Of a stretch of DNA of 41,357 nucleotides, positions 25,737 to 35,245 are shown in pieces (the stretch's first letter is position 1; every line of letters starts with the position of its first letter). Source of the DNA: Candidatus Gastranaerophilales bacterium (GTDB lineage Bacteria > Cyanobacteriota > Vampirovibrionia > Gastranaerophilales > Gastranaerophilaceae); assembly GCA_947624605.1 (NCBI GenBank), contig CANQLA010000001.1, positions 1 through 41,357 of the forward strand. Reading direction: 5' to 3'. Under the pieces are notes generated by a model. That model saw only the letters and a program-made list of their open reading frames with translations. It was not told where the DNA came from and did no database searches. The position numbers and the translations under genes are program-made.

Positions 25737-27125
25737 ATGTTGTCAACGCAGGAAAAACACTTTTATTTTATTGCAGCGGGAGGAGTGGGAATGAGTGCTC
25801 TTGCCAAAATATTGGCGGAGAAAGGCTGTAAAGTCACAGGTTCGGATATTTCGGACAATAAATATGTAAAAATGTTAAAACATACGGGAGTAGAAATTAA
25901 TATCGGGCAAAAATCAGAAAACATAACCCCTGATATGACAGTGGTTGTAAGCAGTGCGGTTAATGAAGATAATCCTGAGTTAAAACAGGCAAGGTTATTA
26001 AATTTAGAAATTTTGCATCGTTCGGATATGTTAAGGATAATATCGGAGGAATTTTCCGACAGCAAAGACGGAATATTTTTCGGATTTTCAGGCACGCACG
26101 GCAAAACAACGACAAGCGGATTATGTTCGTACTTATTAAAACAGGCAGGTCACAATCCATCTTATGCGGTAGGAGGGTTTTTACAAACGGGGGATAATTC
26201 TAAGTTCGGTTCGGATAAAATTTTTGTTGCGGAACTTGACGAATCAGACGGAACAATCATTAAATACAGACCTGATGTAAACGTAATTAACAATTTATCA
26301 TTTGACCATCCTGATTTTTATAAAAACGGCATGACGGATATAATAAACACATTTAAAAAGTATCTGGACGGGACGGATAAGAGTTCAATAATTATAATAA
26401 ATTCTGACAATGAAGGATGTATAAGTTTGGCAAAATTGCTGCCTGAGAGAAAAATCAGAACATTCGGACTAAAAGATGCGGATTATATGGCAAAAAACAT
26501 TGTTTTAAATGATTTTTCCTCAAAATTTGATATTTATAAAGACGGGAAATATGTAACAGAAATTGAATTATCCATTCCGGGTAAACATAATGTATATAAT
26601 GCTCTTGCGGTATTTGCGGCATTAGATGTAAAAAATTTCCATCCTGAAAGGTTAACACAACATTTCAAAATGTTTGCGGGCATGGGGAGAAGATTTCAAA
26701 CGACAGCTCAATTCAACGGAATCAGAGTTATTGATGATTATGCACATCATCCTGAAGAAATCATAACAACTCTTTCATCTTTTGCGGAATATGATAAAGG
26801 AAGAATAATAGCAATTTTCCAACCTCACAGATATACAAGATTTAAAAGTTTGTGGAAAGATTTTTTAACAGCATTTGACAGAGTTGATAAACTTATTGTC
26901 ACAGATGTATATAGTGCAGGAGAAAAGCAGATAGAAGGTGTTAATTCTCAAAAATTTGTTGAACAAATTTCACACAAAGATTGTTCTTATATACGAGGTG
27001 ATATGAGAAATGTTGCAGAAAAAGTATATTCGATATTACGAGAAGGAGATATTGTAATTACGCTTGGAGCCGGAACAGTTACACAAATCGGTGAGCAATT
27101 GTCCGATATAAGTAAGGGAAAGTAA
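25737..27125 (+). CDS. murC: UDP-N-acetylmuramate--L-alanine ligase
   Basis: HFYFIAAGGVGMSALA, GFSGTHGKTTTSGL, and DDYAHHPEEI near the C-terminus. I moved the start from the TTG at 25716 to the ATG at 25737. Confidence 0.92.
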   Translation: MLSTQEKHFYFIAAGGVGMSALAKILAEKGCKVTGSDISDNKYVKMLKHTGVEINIGQKSENITPDMTVVVSSAVNEDNPELKQARLLNLEILHRSDMLRIISEEFSDSKDGIFFGFSGTHGKTTTSGLCSYLLKQAGHNPSYAVGGFLQTGDNSKFGSDKIFVAELDESDGTIIKYRPDVNVINNLSFDHPDFYKNGMTDIINTFKKYLDGTDKSSIIIINSDNEGCISLAKLLPERKIRTFGLKDADYMAKNIVLNDFSSKFDIYKDGKYVTEIELSIPGKHNVYNALAVFAALDVKNFHPERLTQHFKMFAGMGRRFQTTAQFNGIRVIDDYAHHPEEIITTLSSFAEYDKGRIIAIFQPHRYTRFKSLWKDFLTAFDRVDKLIVTDVYSAGEKQIEGVNSQKFVEQISHKDCSYIRGDMRNVAEKVYSILREGDIVITLGAGTVTQIGEQLSDISKGK

Positions 27126-28021
27126 TGAAAGAGCAATATAATTATGATTTAAAGAAACATACGACATTCAAAATAGGAGGCAAGGCAAAAGTGGTATGTT
27201 TTCCTAAGAATACAGAGGAGCTTATTGAGGCATTGAAAAGATATCCGGATGCTTTGGTATTGGGAGGTTGTTCTGATGTACTTATTTCATCTGAAGGAAT
27301 TGACACGGAGGTAATATTAACAACCGGGATATGCGAAAACAGAATTGAAGGTACAAAAATATATGCGGATTGTGGAGTTCGTACGGTTTTTTCGAGGGCG
27401 GCATATAATGCGTGTTTATCGGGAGCGGAATTTTTAATCGGAATACCCGCAACAATCGGCGGAGTTATTTATATGAATGCTTCAGCACATAATCAATCGA
27501 TTTCGGATATATTTGACAAATGCAAGATTTTCGACAGAAAAAACAAAAAGATAGTTACTTTAAATAGAGCGGATATGGAATTTTCTTATAGAAGTTCAAT
27601 TGTATCAAGGAAAGATTATGTTATATTATCTGCGGAATTTAATTTAAAAAATACAAATCCTGTGGAGATAAAAACGTTAATAGATAGAAACATTGAATTC
27701 AGAAAGCAAAGACAGCCGTCATTGGTAATGCCCAATGCCGGCAGTGTTTTCAAAAATCCGGAAGGTGATTCTGCCGGCAGATTATTGGAAAAGGCAGGTT
27801 TAAAATCCCAAATTATCGGAGATGCGAAAGTTTGGGAAAATCATGCAAATTTTATTGTAAATCTTGGAAATGCGACTTCGAATGATGTATTAAAATTAAT
27901 GTTAAGAATGTATAATGAAGTTAAAGTTCAATATGGAACGGAACTTGAACCTGAAATAAAATTTCACGGAAAGGCAAATGGAGAAGAGAAGGAAATATGG
28001 AGAACACTAACAAAAAAATGA
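27125..28021 (+). CDS. murB: UDP-N-acetylenolpyruvoylglucosamine reductase
   Basis: LKKHTTFKIGGKAKV, IGGVIYMNASAH, MPNAGSVFKNP and AKVWENHANFIVN. Confidence 0.9.
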   Translation: MKEQYNYDLKKHTTFKIGGKAKVVCFPKNTEELIEALKRYPDALVLGGCSDVLISSEGIDTEVILTTGICENRIEGTKIYADCGVRTVFSRAAYNACLSGAEFLIGIPATIGGVIYMNASAHNQSISDIFDKCKIFDRKNKKIVTLNRADMEFSYRSSIVSRKDYVILSAEFNLKNTNPVEIKTLIDRNIEFRKQRQPSLVMPNAGSVFKNPEGDSAGRLLEKAGLKSQIIGDAKVWENHANFIVNLGNATSNDVLKLMLRMYNEVKVQYGTELEPEIKFHGKANGEEKEIWRTLTKK

Positions 28022-28953
28022 AATATCCTTTAAATACCAGAATAGCTGTTTTATGCGGAGGGATGTCAAATGAGAGAGAAGTATCTCTTCGTTCTGGCAG
28101 TAATGTTTTTGAAGCATTGCAAAGATTAGGTTATACGAATTCGATACTGATAGATGTTGATGAAGAAATAGCAGAGATGCTCCATGACAATGAAGTACAG
28201 GTTGCATATAATGCATTGCACGGAAAATATGGAGAAGACGGATGTATTCAAGGTTTGTTAGAGATGTTAAAGATAGAATACACGGGATGTGGAGTATTTT
28301 CGAGTGCAGTATGTATGAATAAAGAGATAACAAAAAACATATTAAGGAACCATGGAGATATTCCGTTATTAAAATCAGAGCTGATAAGAAAAGGAGATAA
28401 ACCTGAAGAAAAAATCAGCGGATTAAAATTTCCGATAATGATAAAACCCGTTAGTGAAGGTTCAAGTATTGGAATGTATAAAGTAAACGTAAAAGAAGAT
28501 TTTCAAAAGAGTTATGAAAAATCTTTGACAATAGGTCAAGACATAATGGCAGAGGAATATGCAGAAGGAATTTCGGTGACGGTAGGAGTTTTAGAGGAAG
28601 AAAACAAATTATTTGCGACGGAAATACTTGAATTAAGACCGAAAAACGAATGGTATGATTATGAAGCGAAGTATACAAAAGGGATGACGGAATTCATACT
28701 TCCGGCAGAAATTTCAAAAGAGCAGACGGAACAAGTAAAAAGAATTGCGGTAAAAGCTTGTGAATATTGCGGGTGCAAAGGAGTAAGCAGAGTTGATTTT
28801 ATAATTTCCGAAGGTATTCCGTATGTATTAGAAATCAACACAAGTCCGGGGATGACGGATATAAGTGATTTGCCGGCACAGTCAAAAGTGATGGGAATCA
28901 GTTATGATGAGTTGGTATTATTAATATTAAACAATGCGGGATTAAACAGATAA
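27997..28953 (+). CDS. ddl: D-alanine--D-alanine ligase
   Basis: RIAVLCGGMSNEREVSLRSG, ALHGKYGEDGCIQGLLE, and an ATP-grasp C-terminus EINTSPGMT. It overlaps the murB end by 25 nt. Confidence 0.92.
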   Translation: MENTNKKMKYPLNTRIAVLCGGMSNEREVSLRSGSNVFEALQRLGYTNSILIDVDEEIAEMLHDNEVQVAYNALHGKYGEDGCIQGLLEMLKIEYTGCGVFSSAVCMNKEITKNILRNHGDIPLLKSELIRKGDKPEEKISGLKFPIMIKPVSEGSSIGMYKVNVKEDFQKSYEKSLTIGQDIMAEEYAEGISVTVGVLEEENKLFATEILELRPKNEWYDYEAKYTKGMTEFILPAEISKEQTEQVKRIAVKACEYCGCKGVSRVDFIISEGIPYVLEINTSPGMTDISDLPAQSKVMGISYDELVLLILNNAGLNR

Positions 28954-29828
28954 TGCAGGAATATTCTTGGCAGCAAAACAGAGAAAAGAGTAGAAGGATA
29001 GTGGTACGTTCCAGTATGCCGTTGTTATTTTTGCGTGCACTCGTAATAGCATTAATTTTCTTTAGCGGATACAAAATTCTGACATGTTCTAAATGGTATT
29101 ATCCGCAAGGGATATTTTATTCTGCGAAGAATAGAAACGTAGCAATTGTTGGTACATATATTACACCTCCCGATAAAATTTTGAATGTAATGAGGAAAGT
29201 AGAGATACCCAAAAGGCCGTTATATCTTATAGATGTAAAAGCATTTGAAGACAGAATCGGCGAGATAAAAACGATAAAACAAGTATACATAAGGAGGTAT
29301 TGGTTTCCGGCGAGAATGCTGATTGTAGCAGAAGATAAAAAGCCTGTTTTAATGATATGTTCGGATGAAAAATCATTACCGGTTGCATTTTTTGTAGAAG
29401 ACGGAACATTATTGAATGCAGATTTATTACCTAAAGATGAGAAATATTATCCTTTAAAAATTCTAACGACTGGAAATAATCCTGAAGATAATTTTGTCAA
29501 TTGGAAAAAAGATAGAATTACCGAACTGGTTAAGCTTGCAGAGATGAGTGAAATATATTCGGGAGAAAAAGTTGAGTATATAGATATAAGAGATCCGCAA
29601 GATGTATATATAAAAATCAAAACGGCACTTATAAGGATAGGAAAGCCGGATGAAAATACATATTCCAGATTAAAGGCGATATCGGTTATATTACCGAATT
29701 TAAGTAAGGTTGAAGAAAGAATAGAATATGTAGATTTACGCTGGGATGTAGCAAAATATGTAAAAATTGAAAGAAAAGAGCAAGAAAATGAAAGCAGCAT
29801 TAATACAACTAAATCCGAAAACGGCTGA
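28953..29828 (+). CDS. ftsQ: FtsQ-type cell-division protein (POTRA domain)
   Basis: It follows ddl with a TAATG overlap. It has a single N-terminal TM helix and then a POTRA-like segment (IKQVYIRRYWFPARMLIVAEDKKPV). Confidence 0.7.
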   Translation: MQEYSWQQNREKSRRIVVRSSMPLLFLRALVIALIFFSGYKILTCSKWYYPQGIFYSAKNRNVAIVGTYITPPDKILNVMRKVEIPKRPLYLIDVKAFEDRIGEIKTIKQVYIRRYWFPARMLIVAEDKKPVLMICSDEKSLPVAFFVEDGTLLNADLLPKDEKYYPLKILTTGNNPEDNFVNWKKDRITELVKLAEMSEIYSGEKVEYIDIRDPQDVYIKIKTALIRIGKPDENTYSRLKAISVILPNLSKVEERIEYVDLRWDVAKYVKIERKEQENESSINTTKSENG

Positions 29829-31281
29829 TATAGAAGAGAATTCAGCAAAAATCAAACAATATATTGAAAATGAGAAGGCAGAAATTGTTATTTTTCCAGC
29901 CTTGGCAATAACTGGTTTTGATTGTCGGGATTATTTTTCGGACAGTGATTTTATAAATCAGCAAAATACAGTTTTAGAAGAAATAACGTTAATGTCAAAA
30001 GAGAAGGATATATTGATAGGTTTTGCTGAAAGGGCGGATAATGGTTTATATTCATCAATAGCTCTTCTTTCCGGAGGGAAGAGAACGATTGTATGCAGGA
30101 AGAAGAATTTACATAACATAGAGAAGAAGTATTTCAAATCAGGAGGGGGTGCTGCGGACATTGAATATAAAGGCAGACTTACGACGATAACATTAGATGA
30201 TATGACGGAGAGTAAAACGGATATATTAATAAATTTTTCAGCCGAAAATTTTCAAACAGACACAATTCAAAGGCGGTTAAGAGAGAAGAATTACAGTGAA
30301 ATAAAAGTAAATCCCGTATGTCTTGCAGGTTCATATATATTTGACGGAAGGAGTTATTTTTCAAATAAAAGGGGAGAAAGAATAATTACGGCACCGGCAT
30401 TTGAAGAAGCAAGTATTTGTTACGATGATGAAAGCATAAACAAAGTAAAAAAAGGAAAAGAATTTAATATATATGATGAAACGATAGAGGCATTGGTATT
30501 TTCGCTGAAGGATTTTTGCAGGAAAACAGGTTTTAAGAAAGCGGTAATAGGTTTATCCGGAGGTATAGATTCGGCACTTACGGCAGTACTTGCTTGTAAA
30601 GCCATAGGAAGTGAGAATGTTATTGGAATAACGATGCCTAGTGAATATTCAAGTTCTGGAAGTGTAGATGACAGTATGGAACTTGCAGAGAATTTAAATA
30701 TGGAATGCATTAATATACCGATAAAATCTATGTTTAATTGTTTTGTAGAAGATATACAGAGAGAGAAATATAATGATTTAGCGGAAGAGAACCTCCAATC
30801 CAGACTGAGGGGAATAATTTTAATGAATTATTCAAATCGATATAATGCATTATTACTGGCGACAGGAAACAAGTCAGAGGTAGCAACGGGATATTGCACA
30901 TTATACGGTGACACATGCGGTGGTTTTTGTTTATTATCAGATATATACAAGACAGATATATACAAAATTGCGGATAGGATAAATAAAGAAGGGATAATAA
31001 TACCGCGAAGCACGATAAGAAAGGCACCTTCAGCGGAGCTAAGACCGAATCAAAAAGACACGGACAGTTTACCTGAATATGAAGTATTAGATAAAGTTAT
31101 AAAATTATATTTTGAAGAGAGGATAAGTATAGAAGAAATAGAGTATTTATGCCCCGGTAAACCTGTAAGGCAGATAATTAAGACAGTTTTAAGAGCAGAA
31201 TTTAAACGAAAGCAAATGACGTCTGGAGTAAAAATAACTAATCGTTCATTTGTATGTGATATAGATTATCCTAATATATAG
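29788..31281 (+). CDS. nadE: NAD+ synthetase with N-terminal CN-hydrolase-like domain
   Basis: GLSGGIDSALTAVLA is the PP-loop SGGxDS motif, followed by LLATGNKSEVATGYCTLYGD. The N-terminal ~230 aa are nitrilase-fold-like. The ATG at 29788 is preferred over the TTG at 29767. Confidence 0.85.
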   Translation: MKAALIQLNPKTADIEENSAKIKQYIENEKAEIVIFPALAITGFDCRDYFSDSDFINQQNTVLEEITLMSKEKDILIGFAERADNGLYSSIALLSGGKRTIVCRKKNLHNIEKKYFKSGGGAADIEYKGRLTTITLDDMTESKTDILINFSAENFQTDTIQRRLREKNYSEIKVNPVCLAGSYIFDGRSYFSNKRGERIITAPAFEEASICYDDESINKVKKGKEFNIYDETIEALVFSLKDFCRKTGFKKAVIGLSGGIDSALTAVLACKAIGSENVIGITMPSEYSSSGSVDDSMELAENLNMECINIPIKSMFNCFVEDIQREKYNDLAEENLQSRLRGIILMNYSNRYNALLLATGNKSEVATGYCTLYGDTCGGFCLLSDIYKTDIYKIADRINKEGIIIPRSTIRKAPSAELRPNQKDTDSLPEYEVLDKVIKLYFEERISIEEIEYLCPGKPVRQIIKTVLRAEFKRKQMTSGVKITNRSFVCDIDYPNI

Positions 31282-31296
31282 CGGAGATAGATAAAA

Positions 31297-32100
31297 ATGA
31301 AAAGGATATGGTTAATAATAGGATTTTTGATAATATTAAATTATAATAACCAAGAAGTCAAAGCGACGATAATAATACCTTCTTCGGTAGCTGAAGAGAT
31401 AGAAAGAATGGGATTTGAGGCGAATGAAGAAGGCATATTCAAGGCATCAATTGAGGGAAATATAAAAGTATTAAATTATTTTATTCAATCAAATGCGAAT
31501 GTAAATATAAGAGATAAGGAAGGTCGGACGCCGGTATATTATGCGGCAGAAGCAGGGAATGTAAAGGTGGTAAAATATTTACTTTTATGCGGAGCGGATA
31601 TAAATGCGAGGACAGACGATTTAAAATCGCCGTTAATGGCGGCAATCGAGGCGAAATCGTATGAAACAGCGAAGATATTGATAGATCATAATGCATCATT
31701 GATAAATACGGATATTGAGGGCAAAACGGCATTACATTATGCGGTAATAAATAATGAATTACGGACTTTAAGATACATGTTATCAAGATATTGTGATATT
31801 GATGGAAGAGATGATTATGGAAACACGCCATTATTTTATGCCGGAGACAAAAGTATAGAGTATATAGAAGCAATAATAAATGCTGGTGCGGATAAAGACG
31901 GAAAGAATTCAGACGGAAGAACGGTGTTACATGAAGCCGTAATTAAAAATAATTTTGAGAATGTAAAATTTTTGATAGAAAACGGAGTAAATGTAAATAT
32001 AGAGGATGAAAGCGGACACACGCCGATATTTTATACAAAACGGGATAATCCGATATATATATACTTAATTGAATCGGGAGCAAAGATGCAGGACGAATAA
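31297..32100 (+). CDS. secreted ankyrin-repeat protein
   Basis: Signal-like N-terminus MKRIWLIIGFLIILNY, followed by about six ANK units (G.TPL..A...G....V..LL..GA). Confidence 0.85.
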   Translation: MKRIWLIIGFLIILNYNNQEVKATIIIPSSVAEEIERMGFEANEEGIFKASIEGNIKVLNYFIQSNANVNIRDKEGRTPVYYAAEAGNVKVVKYLLLCGADINARTDDLKSPLMAAIEAKSYETAKILIDHNASLINTDIEGKTALHYAVINNELRTLRYMLSRYCDIDGRDDYGNTPLFYAGDKSIEYIEAIINAGADKDGKNSDGRTVLHEAVIKNNFENVKFLIENGVNVNIEDESGHTPIFYTKRDNPIYIYLIESGAKMQDE

Positions 32101-32101
32101 A

Positions 32102-33496
32102 TTAAACCCCTTTTTTAAATACGGGAATGAGAATAAACATACAACAAAATGCTGATATAATCCAAAAATATAAAGCACCGTACCAACCGAAATTATCAAC
32201 AAAAATGCCTGTACCGATACTGGACAAAATAGCACCGAAGTAGCCAAAAATACCGCAAAAACCGGTAGCAGCAGAAGCGACTTTTTTAGAACCTGTTTCA
32301 ACGGCACAAATACCTCCTACGAACATTCGCGGACCTGCGGTAAAAAATCCGATACCGCCAATACAGACATAATCGAGAATTGTAGAAAACGAACCCGAAC
32401 CCTGATTTTTCAAAAGACCAAAAACACAAAGAGCAAAACCTGCAAGGAATAAAAAAGTAACAGGCATTCTTTTACCTTTAAATAAAAAGTCAGAAAAAAC
32501 ACCTGCAAGAAGAGTACCAAAAATACCGCACAAAGGTAAATACATTTGTTTTTGACTTGCAAGTTCAACAGAATTATGTTTAATTTCACACAAGTATTTA
32601 ATAATCCAATCTTCGGTACCGCACCTGCAAATATAAACAAAGGTAAAAGCCAATGCCAAAAACCACATAGTGGGATTTAGAAAAACGTATTTTTTTAAAA
32701 TGACGAAATAAGATAAATTTGCCTCATCATCAATCGGTTCAACAGTTTCATTTTTTTTCCCTTCCGAAAAAAGTTCAACTTCAGGCAGCCCGATTGTAGT
32801 TGGTTTATCACACATGTGAGTATAAATATAAAGGCATACTATAATATTAATAATACCCGGGACAATAAAAGCGGCATGCCAGCCTAATTTAGGAACCAAA
32901 AAACCTGCAAGCAGGAAAGCCAGCCAAGTTCCAAACTGATGAGAAACAGTCCACAATGACCAAATTGTACCTCTTTCTTTATTAGACCACCAAAAAGCCA
33001 AGGATTTGGCAATTCCTGGAAAGCCCATAGATTGAAACCAACCGTTAACACCCCAGAAAAATGCCATCACAGTTAAAAGAAGCGGTTGACCAAAAAATAT
33101 TTTATCTTGAGGGATAAAACCGGGACTAAGAGCAAAAGCAATATTAGCAACAGAAGAAATGAACAGTGCTGTAGTCAAGAATTTTTTAGCATCAGCTTTG
33201 TCTGCAATAACTCCGTTAATAAATTTACCAAAAGCATAAGCAAAGTATAGAGCAGCACCCAATAAACCCAATTGGACGTTTGAATATCCCAAATCAGAGC
33301 TCAAATCCGGTAATGCTGCTGCAATATTTTTTCTCGTCAGGTGAAAAACGGTATAACCGATAAAACACGATGCAAAAATATCTATGCGTTTTTTTCCGTA
33401 TAGTTTTTTAACCTGCTCACCATCCGTAATAACGGGAATATCTTTAGGTGCTTTATAAAAATCAATAACTTTTTTGAACATAAAAACTCCGAACAT
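32102..33496 (-). CDS. MFS transporter, organophosphate:Pi antiporter (GlpT/UhpC-like)
   Basis: The 464-aa 12-TM ORF has an N-terminal IGYTVFHLTRKNIAAALP and G.IADK, typical of OPA-family MFS transporters. Confidence 0.8.
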   Translation of the reverse strand: MFGVFMFKKVIDFYKAPKDIPVITDGEQVKKLYGKKRIDIFASCFIGYTVFHLTRKNIAAALPDLSSDLGYSNVQLGLLGAALYFAYAFGKFINGVIADKADAKKFLTTALFISSVANIAFALSPGFIPQDKIFFGQPLLLTVMAFFWGVNGWFQSMGFPGIAKSLAFWWSNKERGTIWSLWTVSHQFGTWLAFLLAGFLVPKLGWHAAFIVPGIINIIVCLYIYTHMCDKPTTIGLPEVELFSEGKKNETVEPIDDEANLSYFVILKKYVFLNPTMWFLALAFTFVYICRCGTEDWIIKYLCEIKHNSVELASQKQMYLPLCGIFGTLLAGVFSDFLFKGKRMPVTFLFLAGFALCVFGLLKNQGSGSFSTILDYVCIGGIGFFTAGPRMFVGGICAVETGSKKVASAATGFCGIFGYFGAILSSIGTGIFVDNFGWYGALYFWIISAFCCMFILIPVFKKGV

Positions 33497-33619
33497 TTAC
33501 TACAAATTATATAAATTATTGCAAAAAACAAAAAAATTGTCGAGTTAATAATTCTATTCTTTTATTTTCATTTCTCAATTTTTTTAATATTAATTATTTT
33601 ATTTCAAGTTTTAAAATTA

Positions 33620-33979
33620 TTATGAATAATACTTACGAAGTTTTTCATAATTCGGATTTTTTTTCATTATAGCTATTATTTGCCAAATTGAATCATTACT
33701 TTGTTTTTTCAAAAATTCTTCAAAATCACTATCTGATATGAAATATAATAATCGTAATATTTCCTTGAAACCTAATATTGAAATATTAGGTTTATTTATT
33801 ATTTTTCTCAAACATTCAAGCCAATTTACATCATTGCAACTGTACATTCTGACATTATTTTTCAGTCTTAAAGGAGCGACTAACTTTTCTTCGTCATAAG
33901 TTCTTAATCTGTCAGCAGATATTTTTAGTTCTTTTGCAACTTTACTTACTGTTAATATAGGGGAATTTTCATCCAGCAT
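33620..33979 (-). CDS. MerR-family transcriptional regulator
   Basis: LTVSKVAKELKISADRLRTYDEEKLVAPLRLKNNVRMYSCNDVNWLECLRKI matches the MerR winged-helix pattern. I trimmed the start to MLDENS at 33979. Confidence 0.75.
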   Translation of the reverse strand: MLDENSPILTVSKVAKELKISADRLRTYDEEKLVAPLRLKNNVRMYSCNDVNWLECLRKIINKPNISILGFKEILRLLYFISDSDFEEFLKKQSNDSIWQIIAIMKKNPNYEKLRKYYS

Positions 33980-34066
33980 AAATACCTCTTTTTTAATAAT
34001 AAAAAGTAAAATTTTTAATTTCAATTTAAGTGTATAAAAATTAGCAAACTGATATATTGAAATAAT

Positions 34067-34124
34067 AATATTAGGTGTAAAAATATTAGTTTATGATATT
34101 ATACATGTTGCTAATATTAGTTAG
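34067..34124. promoter_or_regulatory. three copies of AATATTAG in the divergent MerR/acyltransferase intergenic region
   Basis: AATATTAG occurs at 34067-34074, 34082-34089 and 34113-34120. There is also an ATTAGCAA / TTGCTAAT inverted pair near 34040 and 34108. Confidence 0.25.
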
Positions 34125-34142
34125 ATATACAAGAGGCATGAC

Positions 34143-35219
34143 ATGTTGATGAAATATGAAATAAGCGGGCAATTTTCCGAAAGAATAAGAATAGTCAGAG
34201 CCATAGCAATAATTCTTGTAGTTTTTGTACATGCATATCGCACGGAAGTCAGTTATGCCGGGCAGACAATAACTTTGCCGATACCGGAATGGTTTGAAAT
34301 ATTACAGACGATAATATCAAAAATTATTGCAAGCAGTGCGGTTCCGGTATTTTTTGTTATTTCATCAATATTACTTTATTGTAAGGATTTTTCATATACG
34401 GATAATTTGAAAAAGAAGATAAAGACATTACTTATACCGTATTTGATATTGAATACATTTACGATTATTGTATTTGCAATATTACAGAATATTCCGATGC
34501 TAAGTAAATTTTTTATGGTAGAAGATAGGATAATAGCGAATTGGGATATATTTGATTATATAAATGCGTATACTGGTTATCGTAATGGTTCACCTATACT
34601 TTATCCTCTTTGGTTTTTAAGAACGTTAATAATTTTAAATATTTTTTCGGTATTAATAAGAAAGATAATGGAGCGTTATCCTGATATTTTTATGATTTTA
34701 GCGACGATAATATATCTTTTGGTATGGAATTTTGACACGATTGTATATTTGCATGTATATTCATTTTTTTATTGGATTTTGGGATGTTACATAGTGGTAA
34801 AAAAAATAGACATAGAGCGATATAAATGTTTACCGATAATTTTTATACTTTATGGAATAATAATATTTGCGGATATAAAGTCGGACATTTATTTTTTTGG
34901 AGATATGATACATAATATCAGTAAATTAATGGGTTTATATGTAATAATAGCAGGCTGTACGAGGGTTAATAATTTAAAATTAAAATCGATATTATTGTAT
35001 ATATCAAAGTATTCATTTTGCATATATTTGTTTCACGAGATGCAATTATCGTATGTTAGGAAATTATGCGGATATTTTTTACCTTTAGAATTCAAGTTTA
35101 TTTTTTGTGAATATTTTTTATGTTCAATATTTATGATTATATTTTGTATATTGATAAGTATGTTAATAAATAAAATATCACCTAAAATATATGGAATAGT
35201 GACAGGTAACAGAATATAA
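34143..35219 (+). CDS. acyltransferase family 3 (membrane O-acyltransferase)
   Basis: The 358-aa polytopic ORF has RIVRAIAIILVVFVHAY, the conserved His-containing N-terminal motif. An AAGAGG RBS lies at 34131-34136. Confidence 0.75.
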   Translation: MLMKYEISGQFSERIRIVRAIAIILVVFVHAYRTEVSYAGQTITLPIPEWFEILQTIISKIIASSAVPVFFVISSILLYCKDFSYTDNLKKKIKTLLIPYLILNTFTIIVFAILQNIPMLSKFFMVEDRIIANWDIFDYINAYTGYRNGSPILYPLWFLRTLIILNIFSVLIRKIMERYPDIFMILATIIYLLVWNFDTIVYLHVYSFFYWILGCYIVVKKIDIERYKCLPIIFILYGIIIFADIKSDIYFFGDMIHNISKLMGLYVIIAGCTRVNNLKLKSILLYISKYSFCIYLFHEMQLSYVRKLCGYFLPLEFKFIFCEYFLCSIFMIIFCILISMLINKISPKIYGIVTGNRI

Positions 35220-35245
35220 AAAAGAGTATTTAAAAGGAGAAGTTC

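Noticed and set aside
29169-29176. A second CCCGATAA octamer, inside ftsQ.
   Set aside because: There is no TAAA-type -35 element at the required distance, and the site is intragenic, so it is most likely chance.
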